A stretch of DNA of 45,332 nucleotides, the filler included, from Jimgerdemannia flammicorona (Eukaryota), in NCBI GenBank assembly GCA_003990765.1. It is 2 parts of 2 records of this genome, joined end to end, with 100 filler letters (N's around TTAATTAATTAA, not from the genome) between each part and the next. Parts side by side here need not be neighbours in the genome. Positions count along the whole stretch, not along the records: positions 1 to 22,619 come from RBNJ01001240.1; 1 more part is not named here. One strand, 5' to 3'. Shown piece by piece: positions 1-11,069 of the stretch. Position numbers and translations under genes: made by a program. The stretch's first letter is position 1. Every line of letters starts with the position of its first letter. The notes under the pieces are model-generated. The model saw only the letters and a list, made by a program, of their open reading frames with translations. It made no database searches and was not told the origin of the DNA.

Positions 1-249
1 TATGGGAACGTCTTTTAAGCAGTGATTTTTTAATTGAAAAAATCTGATTTTTTCAAGTTTGCATTTTCTGTTAGAAATATAACTCAATTCATCTAAATTC
101 AAAATTTTATTTTTATATAAAATTTTACCCAAAGGTAAAAAAATATATAAAATCAATAATTTAAATATTTTTGAAAAGTTATTATTATTTTCAGACTTAT
201 GAATTTTCAAAAATTTGCAGCCATATTTGGCTGCATTACCATCTAAGGG

Positions 250-2442
250 ATAGTAGATACTAAGTATCTACTTTAAAGTTTGATTAGTTTATTTTATTTA
301 GCTATCTATCTATAGATAATAGATAGTAGATATCTTGAGTTATACATATATACTTTTAGTTCTTTAAAGAGTATTTATTAGAAGTTACTTGTAAATTTCA
401 CATTTCTGTTAAAGATAATTACTAATAGTACTTATAGAGATAAAAAATATTGTCATTAAATAATTATACTATTTTTGGAGCTGTTACTATGGTAGTTATT
501 ATAATAAAATAAGTCTGATTACTGAGATAATTGATAAAGACAATGATTGTATCTTTTTTCTTCTTTATTTTTAGCAATTAGACAATAAAGTCTATTTTGA
601 TATAATCTTAAATTTAGGTAAAAATTGATAGTAGTTATATTATTCTAGCTGAGACTTAGTTGCTGGACTTATATCTTTAATAAATATTATAGAATATAAT
701 ATAATTCTTAATGTTAGCTATCATCTTGAGCTAGTAGAAATCTTGAGCAATATATTAGTATATCTTATTAAATCTTATATAACTACCTATAGATATATAT
801 ATTATATAATTTTTGTAGGATTTATAGATAGATATAGATATTAAGAATCTAAATTCTTATATTGATAAAATATATATCTATTTTAAATAGAAATATTCTT
901 ATATATCTTCTTTATAATATTATTTTCTTCTTTAAGAATTTGCTTAACAATTTTTTGTATATTAATATTTTTAATATATTCTTTTTAACTTCTTCAAATA
1001 GGCTGATAGTGATATTACTAATTACTATAAGGTTATTTTTTAAGTACTTTGGAAAAATATATTGATTACTTTATTCTTATTAAAGGATATAAGGATCTAT
1101 ATTTATCATACTTGTCTTTCTGTAAGAATTAGTTATGTTTGAATATATATATTACAAAGCTTGATAATTTGTCTATAAGGTAAATTTCTTATAAAGAAGA
1201 AAATATCTCTATAACTGTAAAGATTAGATAATACATAGTAAGGAGTTTCTTATCTTATATTTTATAGTTCTTTTTATACTTATTCAGCTTCTGAGACAGA
1301 TATGTAACTAAGTATTTATACTGAATCAATATAGCTCCAATGATAATATTTGAGATATCTATAGTAATAGTGAAGAGTCTTATAGAGTCTAGACTAATCA
1401 GGATTAATATATTAGTCAATATTCTCTTGAGGGTATTTATTACTATAGTATATTCTTCTGTTTATTCTTTTTCAATATTGGTTTTCTTCTTATAAAAATT
1501 TGTAAGTAGAGAGATAATTGTGAGAATTCTTGAATAAATCTTTAGTAATATTCAACTAATTTATTGAATTCTTATAGAAACTTAAGAGTCTTCATAATAG
1601 ACTAAATGTAGATTATTTTAGTCTTTTTGAGATTAATGGTAATACTATTTGCTAAGATAATATATTCTAAGTATTTGATTTCTTTCTTGAAAAAGTAGTA
1701 CTTCTTTCTTTTTACTAAGAGCTTATATTTTCAAAGTATATCAAAAACTATCTATAGATATTATTATTAGACAGTACTACTTGTATTATATACTAAGATA
1801 TTATTCAAGTATATATACTAGAATAAATACTCTAAGGTATTTTTTAAATATATATATCATTTATTAGTATCTAGAAGATTACTAGTATATTAGTAAGTCT
1901 AAAAAACATTATATAGAATTTGTAATATTCAAATTTGTTTAAAATATTATCTTTGAAATATCTTCTTCCTTAATATAAATTTGGTAATAGCTAGATATAA
2001 GATTGATAAGTAAAAAGATCTTAGCATTACATACTTAATTGAGTAGTTTATTAATTTATATGAGTATATATTAATTCTTAATAGATATATATCTTATTGA
2101 GTACTCAGTAATCAATACATATATAGAGACTTCTACCTTTTTTATAAATAAAGAGAATTGATATACTATATGGTAATTTTAATAAATATATAAGATCTTT
2201 GTTTAACAGATCTGCTAGCTATTTCTTGAGAGTTTTCAGCTCAGGCTGAGCTAGTTAGTAGATTCTATAGTAGAGAGAGTCTGCTCCTAGAGTGGGTTTG
2301 ATACTATATTCTACTACTCAGATATATAGTAATTTCTAAAGATCTTAAAAGATATCTTCAGTATCTTTGAGTAGTTTCTGGAGGCTTTCTTCTTTATCAT
2401 CTTCATTCATCAATAGTTCAGAAAGATTATTATTATAATTAT
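250..2442 (-). pseudogene. Degenerate Ty3/Gypsy element B, pol portion (RT-RNase H-integrase)
   Basis: Minus-strand translation gives LINLISSYYQIYIKEEDISK (decayed DLxSGYHQIRI), YLNNILVY (decayed YLDD, ~1790-1815) and integrase remnants VKFTSNF..LFKEL and TNQTLK (~265-420). Very AT-rich, many stops. Left boundary approximate. Confidence 0.85.
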
Positions 2443-2446
2443 CTAC

Positions 2447-2944
2447 TATGATGGTCAATCTGAATTAGTAACATGAATCAGGAGAATTAGACATTTGATC
2501 ACAGTATCTGAATCCAATTCTCAATATAGCTTAGCCTTATAAATAGCAGTCATATTTTACAAGTGTAGAAACTTTAATGTTCATAGAAACTTTGGCAACT
2601 ATAGAAATTCTACAGATGTAAATCCTTCACAATTGTAAAGATTCTGGCAGATGTAGAGAACTTATACTTGCTGACTTACAGAAAACATAGTCATAACTTA
2701 GCTACCTTATAGCTAGCAAAACTTGTATAAATAACCCAGTATCTTAGAGTAAATAAAACCTCAGATCGAAATAGTTCAAAAGCAAAGAGATAGCAAAGGA
2801 ACTAGTAAGCCTGCAGGCAGATACACTTTGAACTCACCCACCTGCCCCTGCAACTTCAAGAGACTCTGCAAGAGTCAGAACAGTCAAGTTTTCAAGATAC
2901 AGAAATCTGACATACTTTCAAGAGTAAGTGTCCACTATGTTACA
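2447..2944 (+). repeat. 5' LTR of element A
   Basis: Direct repeat of 8685-9182. Starts TA (decayed TG), ends TGTTACA; TATAAATA at 2726 and AATAAA at 2752. Confidence 0.95.
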
Positions 2945-2947
2945 ACT

Positions 2948-2963
2948 TGGTGCCTATTAGCTG
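2948..2963 (+). promoter_or_regulatory. Primer-binding site of element A
   Basis: TGGTGCCTATTAGCTG 3 nt after the LTR; TGG is complementary to tRNA CCA. Cognate tRNA not identified. Confidence 0.7.
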
Positions 2964-3058
2964 ATGATTCAAGACGAATCCCTCACTTTCAAGCTAAACA
3001 ATGAACAATCACCCCTACCCAAACAACCATACAAACAGAGCCCCAATACCCAGACAAG

Positions 3059-6000
3059 ATGGATATGAGACTACCAGTATTTCATAGATATACCTCAGAT
3101 GAATCAATCATTACCTTCATTGATGATTTCGAGCAGTATGCTGCTGTAAGAACCCTGACAGCAGTACAGCAGGTAGCCCTTATGCCCTTTAGTCTATGAG
3201 GCCCTGCAAGAACAGCATTTATAGCTGCAAACTATGTGGAAAATGATGCCAATGCTACACTGATAGCACAGAAGACCTGGTTTCGAAACACCTACTACAC
3301 AGATGAGATCAAGCAAGCTCTGAAGGATCAGCTCAATACAATATACCAAGGAATGAGCGAAGATTCAAACACATTCTACACTAGAATCCGATATCAGATA
3401 ATCCTTGCGGATTATACCAATGCTATCCAAGACCAAGTAGCTGAAGCAACCTTCATGAAAGGAGTCTACCCAGAGATAGCCATGGCCATCCGCTCATCAC
3501 CAGTGATTCTGGATCTGCCACAAAAGGTCACCTATGCTCAGCAATACTGGATAGCCAGGCATCCACAAGACCATACAATGGAAAGGGTCACGGGAGTCAA
3601 AATCAAAGTACCCAAGACAACTAGTGTGATCCCTACCACAATGATCAATCAAAACACACCTCAGCTAAAAGCTACAGAGCAGCAAAAGAACAGTGACCCT
3701 ATAGAGGAACTCACCAAAAGGTTTGCTGAAATAACTACCCACCTGGGAGATGTGGTAAAGGAAATTCGAGAAAGAGACTGCCGCCCTGTTCAGAAGTTTG
3801 CCACCACCTCAGACAAGAAGAAAGATACCTGCTACAGCTGCGGAGAAGAAGGCCACTACTCATATGAATGTATGAGTAAAATTAAGTATAAGGCCCAACT
3901 AAGCAATGCTACTAGAAATAAGGAATAGGCCAACACAATCACCTTTGAAGAAATTGGAGAATCTGATGAAGAGGAATGGGAGGCCTATTCTGTGCAGACC
4001 ACCAAGAAGGATGTTTGCAAAGAGCTCTACAAGAGACCACCAGGAAGACCCAAGAAGAACCCAGTGGAAAAGCAGATGGAAACTGCCACAGAAAGCCAAG
4101 CCGAAGAGATGGACCAAGATATGAAGCTGGAGCAAGCAGTTCAAGATATCATCTGAGGAATCACTCCAGCCAGTGAAGGAGAAAAAGAAAAAAGGCTTCG
4201 CAAAACCAAGACCTTCAAGTATGATATCTTCAAGGACCTCAGTCAACAAAAGGTCAATGCAACCTTTGGTCAGCTCACAGAAATCCCAACATTCAGACAG
4301 CAAATGAGGTTTGGACTTGCCAAAATAAGTAAGAAACAAGGATGAAAGATAACTAAGACCAATAATGTTCAAGAGGACTCAAGAGAAGAAAGTGAGGACA
4401 ATCACAAAACCTCTGCTTATGCAACATGCCAAATTGAAGATAGAATCTTTGAAGCCATCATTGATACTAGAGCAGAAGGATGCCTCCTCAGCAAGAAGGC
4501 AGCAGACTGCCTAGGTTAGGATGTGGAAGAAGTAACTAAGCTGGTATTTATCATAGCTGATAGCACAAGAGCTACACCTCTGGGAAAAATCCGAGATGTT
4601 CCTATCAAGATTGGAGGAGCAACTATCTCAGTAGATATAATTATAACTAATGCCACCAACTATGACATCCTCATTGGCAATTAATGGCTTCACAAAGCCA
4701 AGGTAGTAATTGATCTCAATGCTCAGAAGATGCAGATCAACTACTGGGGACAGAAGATATGAATTCCCATCAATGTCAACAAAGGAGTCCTGCCCAACAT
4801 GGAGGAAGAAAAGAGCAAGCAAGAGGAAGCTTATATGGTGACTACTCCAAAGAAGCAGAAAGTTGGATGGATGAATGAAGAAGAATGGTACAAGAAGATT
4901 GCAGAAGGCTATGCACCATAAGGAGTCTGTCTCCATAGGATCAAGATGTATTGTATGAAGCACACTAATGATTGCTATTAGTACACCATCAGAATCAAGA
5001 ACCATGAGGAAAGAAGATAGAAAGCCCTTGAGAAACAGACCAGAGAAGAAGAGAAGGAGGAAGATGACGAACCACCAGCCCTCTTGGACTACCCTGATGC
5101 AGTCTTGCCAGAATACAAGTCAGAAAATGCAGCCAGAATGGACATCACTACAGTAGAAGAGACTGTACTGAAACCCCAGAGAACCACCCTACTCACAACT
5201 GGACTGGAGATAACCATCCCAAAGGATCATGTCAGGATTCTCAAGACAAGAAGCAGCCTGGCTAGAAGTGAAATTACAATCGAAGAAGGAGTCATCGATT
5301 CAGACTATACTGGAGAAATTCTACTCATTGCTAGGAATCACAATCCTACAATCCCATTTCCAGTCAAGAAGAAGGACTGATTAGTGCAAATGTTGATCTT
5401 TCCAATCCTACAACTAAAGATCATAGAAGTTAAGAAGCTGGAGGAAATGAAAAGAGGAAAGAAAGGATTTGGATCTACAGGAAGAGGAGTATTCACCAGC
5501 ACCAAGATCACTGAACTCGAGCATAAGAAGGAGGAAAACACAAGCAAGTATAGCTATACCATTGGAAATGAATTTCCACTCAAGAAAGAACTCAAGGAAA
5601 TACTCCACAAATTTGAAGATGTTCTTACCACAGATTTCAAGGATATCAAAGGAAAGACCCTACACTACTATCATGAAGTAGATACTGGAGATACTAAACC
5701 AATTTATCAGAAGGCAAGACCTGTTCTGCCAGTCTACTGAGAATAGCTCAGAGAAGAAATCAAGCAGATGGAAGAAGCCGGCATCATTAAAGAAGCCAGC
5801 AGCCCCTGGTCCTCACCTGTTGTACTAGCCCCGAAAAAGGGCAGCAAGCCTGGAGAATTCACCCCAAGACTCTGTGTTGACTACAGAAAGCTCAACATAG
5901 TTATCAAGAAGGATTGCCAACCACTGCCCCTCATCAATGACATCCTCATAACACTGGGAGACAAAGCACAGTACTACAGCACTTTGGACTTATACTCAGG

Positions 6001-7006
6001 ATTTCACCAAATTGGACTCACAGACATGGCAAGTGAAAAGTCAGCTTTCATCACCCTAGATGGAACCTACATCTACCTACAAATGTCATTTGGAATGTGC
6101 AATGCACCAGCAAGTTTCCAGCAAATGATGAACAAAATCTTCTGCTATGATATAGAAAGATAGATGATGGTCTATGTTGATGATGTAATCATCTACAGCC
6201 AGACACCAGAAGAACACCTGCAGTACATCCAGCAGATAATGGAAAGACTGAGAGAGCATGGCCTATACATCAAGCCTAAGAAATGCAAATTCGCAGAAAT
6301 TGAAATCTCCTATCTTGGTCATATCATCAACTGAGACAGAATACACACAGACCCCCTCAAGATATGTATAAGCAGTGGCAGCATACCCAAGACCCACTAC
6401 TGTTACAGAAGCCCAAGCCTTCATGGGACTTGCCTCTTATTATCACAGATTTATTAGAGGATTTTCTAATATTGTAGGACCAATCTATGAACTTAATAAG
6501 AAGGATACCAAGTTCCAGTGGACTGGCAGACAACAAAACACATTTGATGAACTCAAGGTTAGACTGACCCAGGCACCCATCCTCAGAAGACCTGACTGGA
6601 CTCAAGAATTCATCCTACAGACTGATGCAAGTGCACAAGGACTAGGAGTAGTCCTAGCTCAAAAGAAAGATAAAGTGAAGTATATCATCACATACCTCAG
6701 CTGCAGAACCCGAGGAGCTGAAAAAGAATATGAATCCTACAAGTTGAAATGCCTCACAGTCATCTGGGCTGTAGAAAGTTCCACTACTACTTAGCTGGAA
6801 GACACTTTACCATCCAAATGGATTACTCAGCTCTTACCTGGCTACTGACAACTGGACAACCTAAAGGAATCTATGCCAGATGGATAATGAAGTTGCAAGC
6901 TTATGATGTAACCATTGTATACCGCTCTGGAAGAACCAATGCCAATGCAGATATCCTCTCATAGACACTCCAAACTACCTCCAACCAACAAATCAATCAT
7001 GAATAA
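3059..7006 (+). pseudogene. Element A gag-protease-dUTPase-RT-RNase H polyprotein (stops, compensating frameshifts)
   Basis: Zinc knuckle CYSCGEEGHYSYEC; protease IDTRAEG (decayed DTG); RT SPWSSPVV, LCVDYRKLN, LDLYSGFHQI, YVDD; RNase H FILQTDAS, NANADILS. Gag through RT share one frame. Confidence 0.93.
5090..5490 (+). pseudogene. dUTPase domain of element A, between protease and RT
   Basis: Motifs AARMDI, TRSSLA, GVIDSDYTGEI, VQMLI and RGKKGFGSTG (trimeric dUTPase motifs 1-5). Confidence 0.92.
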
Positions 7007-8201
7007 GGAGCTCTACTACAGAATTATCACATACCTGAGACAGCGAAAAATGCCCCAACATCTGGAAGAATGGACACAAATGATTATCAACAGAACATAG
7101 AAACAATTCGAAACTGACAGAGAAACACTGAAGAAAGGAAAACTACTAGTTATACCAGAACACAAGAAGGAGCAAGCGATGAAATCAGTATATGAACTTG
7201 GCTATCTAGGAGGAACGAATACTTATGACAAGGCAAGAAGAATAATATGGTGGCCAGGAATGGAGGAAGATATCAGACAATTCATCAAGACCTGCGACAA
7301 ATGCCAGAAACAGAAACAAGACTAATGAAATCGAGCCCTAGGATCAGCACACATAGAACTAGTACCATTTGCCCACATTGCAATAGATGTAATTGGCCCT
7401 CTACCCTTGACTTTGACTGGCAACTGATACATTATTGTTATCATAGACCTTTTTACAAAATAGATAGAAGCAGGACCCCTTATGGAAGCCAATGCACAGT
7501 CAATCACTGATTTCTTCCACAAAGAAATCATCTGCTGATTCAAGACCCCAATGCAAGTAACCACAGATAGAGGAATGGAATTTATGAACCAGTTCTTCAA
7601 AGTTCTCTACAAGAAGTATAAGATCCAGCATATTCGGACCATAGCATATCACTCTCAAGGAAACGGACAAGTAGAAAGGACCAACAAGACTCTCAAAAAT
7701 ATTATTGCCAAGATCTGTGATAACTATGAGAACTGGGATCACTATCTGCTAATAGCATTATCCACTCTCCAGGATATCCGATCACAAAGTACCTACTTTA
7801 CCCCTCAAGAAATGCTGTTCAGAGAAGAATGTTCTCAGGGAACCCTATCATATAATGGAAATACTGTATGGAAACATGTAGACATGGAAATACGAAGACT
7901 ATACCAAATCAGGAAGAAGGCTGAGGATTACATAACCAAGGTACAGACACTACAACAGAGGAATGTGGAAAAGACCCACAAACCCCTGAAGATTATCAAG
8001 ATAGGAGACAAAGTTCTAGTGTATCAGAATATAGTAGAAGCTTCATGGTCATGAAAACTGGAGCCCAAGTGGGAAGGATCTTACCTGGTGCAAGATATAA
8101 AAGGGACCACCTTTTGGCTACAAAAACTCTCAGGCACAATCATCCCCACTACTATCTACTGAAACAGACTCAAGAAGTACTATGACCAGTCAACGAAGTA
8201 A
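6999..8201 (+). pseudogene. Integrase of element A
   Basis: WWPGM..IKTCDKC, IAIDVIGPL, TTDRGMEF, YHSQGNGQVERTN, KWEGSY (GPY/F-like). Starts at its own ATG in a different frame from RNase H. Confidence 0.9.
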
Positions 8202-8706
8202 TACAGCTGCCCTCAAGATCACCAGTGCCACCCAATGAGCCATAGAGAGACAATGGTGTTCTACCAAACTGCCAACAATGGAGGAATCCTTTGATAGTAT
8301 ACAAAGTATAGTCCAGACCCACCTATCATGAATTTTGCACTTCAAAGCCTACCAGACATGAACTGAGTTTCAGGAATACTTCAAGCTAGGACAACTACTG
8401 AATTCAAATCTGAAGATAGGGAAAGAAGACTGGATTAAAGAATGTCAGCTCACCTACATTCAGATCACAATTGCCAAGAGAGTGCACAAATTATTCAAAG
8501 ATGATGAGTCAACTCTAGCTCATCTATGAGAAGTAATCCCAGGAGATTTTGGACAGGTTAGGAGACAACATTGGAAGAATATAATAGCACAAATTGCACA
8601 GTACAAGGAGATACAAATCATAGAAGCCTGGGAGTTTGAGTGAATAGGATACTTCAGGGATGAATCACCTATTCAGGAGGAAGTTATAATGATCAATCTG
8701 AATTAG
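8182..8706 (+). pseudogene. ORF3 of element A, unknown function (~174 aa)
   Basis: One frame from ATG 8182 to TAG 8704-8706, interrupted only by TGA codons (plausibly CGA>TGA); similar to post-integrase ORFs of elements C and X. Confidence 0.75.
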
Positions 8707-9182
8707 TAACATGAATCAGGGGAATTAGACATTTGATCACAGTACCTAAATCCAATTCCCAATATAGCTTAGCCTTACAAATAGTAGTCATATTTTACAA
8801 GTGTAGAAACTTTAATATTCATAGAAACTTTGGCAACTGTAGAAATTCTACAGATGTAAATCCTTCACAATCATAAAGATTCTGGCAGATATAGAGAACT
8901 TACACTTACTGACTTACAGAAAACATAGTCATAACTTAGCTACCTTATAGCTAGCAAAACTTGTATAAATAACCCAGTATCTTAGAGTGAATAAAACCTC
9001 AGATCGAAATAGTTCAAAAGCAAAGAGATAGCAAAGGAACTAGTAAGCCTGCAGGTAGATACACTTCAAACTCACCCACCTGCCCCTACAACTTCAAGAG
9101 ACTCTGCAAGAGTCAGAACAGTCAAGTTTTCAAGATACAGAAATCCAATGTACTTTCAAGAGTAAGCATCCACTATGTTACA
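8685..9182 (+). repeat. 3' LTR of element A
   Basis: Repeat of 2447-2944; preceded by purine tract AGGAGGAAG (PPT); followed by TSD CTAC. Confidence 0.95.
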
Positions 9183-9186
9183 CTAC

Positions 9187-11060
9187 TAATAGCTCTTTGA
9201 TAATATATATAAATATATTACTCTGGTTTTTAGATTAGCTTCTTCATTTGGATAATAGAGATAATATTATACTTGAGTTTTACTTTCTTCTTGACTTGTT
9301 CTGACTATAGCTTAATATATCCTAGAGAGATTGTATTAGTTTATTAGTTAATATATAGATTTACTTAAGTGAGCTAGAATTTTCCAAAAATGAGATTATG
9401 TCCTAAAAGATATATAATGTAAAATGTCTGCTTTGTAGTATAGTCTTCTAGTTATAGAAGTATATTCTTACAGACTTTAGAGAGTTTCTAAGTTGTTCTA
9501 TTTTCAAATATAGTAATATTTTCTTCTGAGTTTTTTTTGTATCTTGAGTCTGAACTTATCAGTAGTTTTCTTATTAAGATAGTACTTGCTTGCTCTACTG
9601 TTGATAAGGACTTTAATAGAATTTTCTTTGATTTTTTCTTATAGGTAGATGTATTTAGAGTTATTTTCTTACTAGATAGTAATTATTTCTAGAGAGACTT
9701 CTTTTTTCTAATATTATATATATATCTTTATCTTTATTATTGATATTCTTGATTTTTTTATCTCATTATTCTGAGATAGTTGATTTATAATTTTCAGATT
9801 TAAAGGTATGTAATATCTCCTCTTATACATATATTCAAAATAGTATATCTTGATTCTATGAGAATATTGCCCTATAGAGATATATGTATATACTAGTACT
9901 ATTTCTGGTCTTGATCTTGAAGTTCTTCAATATATTCTTCTATACCTTGATCTTCTCCTTAATCTTATCAGAGTACTTTTCTGTATTGATCTGAAAGCTT
10001 TTTCTTCTCTATCAAAGAGAAATAGTTTATTTGTTTTTTTAACTTTAAGATTATTATATATTATCTCAATAATAGTTTAGATAATTTGTTTTTCACATAT
10101 GATTTCAACTGTCTTCTATCTAGTATTATATAGCAGAATCTTGATTTTGTCTTTAAATCCTTAGTTTATAACTTCTCTAGTTATATAGAGTCTCTCTTTC
10201 TTGGTCAGGCTACTCTTTTCTATAAAATAGATGTAGATTCCTTTAGAGACTTCCATTCTAACACCTATGCTAATAGTTACTTACTTGTTTGGTTTGATGA
10301 TTACTTCTATACTAGAGTAGAGATAATAATCAGTATTGAATTTATATATTTTGTCTGAGATTTTTATAGCAATATAAAATCTCTTAATCTTGATTTTTTC
10401 AAAAGTTCTGTGAGATTATCTTCTATTATAGTAATAGTATATAGAGAGGATGGTTCTTTATTTATATTGGTCTTCTTATCAGGAAATTTACAAGATATAT
10501 ATTCTCTCTTTTTGTAGTAGAAATATACTCCTTTCTTTATAAGTTTCTCTATTTTCTTATTAGATAATTTCTTAAATCCTCTTTGTAATTTTGAGAAGTA
10601 TGATAGTATATCTTTACTATTATAGTAATTGTACTCTTTAAGTTAATAATTCTTAATATCAATAACTTAAAAGTACTTATGTCAGATATCTGTAGCTTGA
10701 GGAAGTAGCTATCTTAATACCTAAGTACTATCTATTATACTTATAATTGATCTAGTCTCTTTCTAGTAAACTTGAATAACAATTTGATAATTATAGATTT
10801 TAATTCTTTAAAATCTAAGTTCCTTAGTATATCTTTTCTTAGATATAGTTTGGTTCTGAGAATTATATTTAGATTCTTCAGAGTTTATATATTTATAGAG
10901 TTTAAAATATTTAATTTTAGATATAGTCTTTCTATTGAAGATTATTCTGAGACTTATCTATTATTATATAGTAAGCACTGAGTTCTCCAAGTATATCAGA
11001 TTTTCTTCAAGATATATCTCTTAGACCAACTATAAGTTTCTTATAAGCAAATTCTATTAG
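9187..11060 (-). pseudogene. Element B, gag-dUTPase-protease portion
   Basis: Minus strand: decayed zinc knuckle YFYYKKREYISCKFP (~10480-10530), dUTPase (9982-10360), protease LINSRAS (decayed LIDSGAS, ~9587-9609). Right boundary approximate. Confidence 0.75.
9982..10360 (-). pseudogene. Decayed dUTPase domain of element B, upstream of protease
   Basis: Translation includes YLYSSIEVIIKP..SIGVRMEVSKG..EKSSLTKK..EVIN*GFKDKIKILLYN..DREEKAFRSI, matching dUTPase motifs after G>A / C>T changes. Confidence 0.75.
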
Positions 11061-11069
11061 AGTGCCTTT

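Larger units (their letters stand above)
2447..9182 (+). mobile_element. Complete Ty3/Gypsy LTR retrotransposon, family A (inactivated)
   Basis: Two 498-bp LTRs; 4-bp TSD CTAC (2443-2446 and 9183-9186); PBS and PPT; gag-PR-dUTPase-RT-RH, then IN and an extra ORF; inserted between the protease and RT of element B. Confidence 0.95.

Noticed and set aside
862..1065. Hydrophobic Ile/Leu/Phe-rich small ORFs (also 10772-10981, 24227-24409)
   Set aside because: By-products of AT-rich decayed retroelement sequence.
5090..5490. dUTPase as a counter-defence against the observed C>T hypermutation
   Set aside because: dUTPase limits dUTP incorporation and does not prevent cytosine deamination in DNA; dUTPase-bearing copies are also heavily mutated.
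8182..8706. Calling ORF3 an envelope gene
   Set aside because: Too short, with no signal peptide or transmembrane segment visible.
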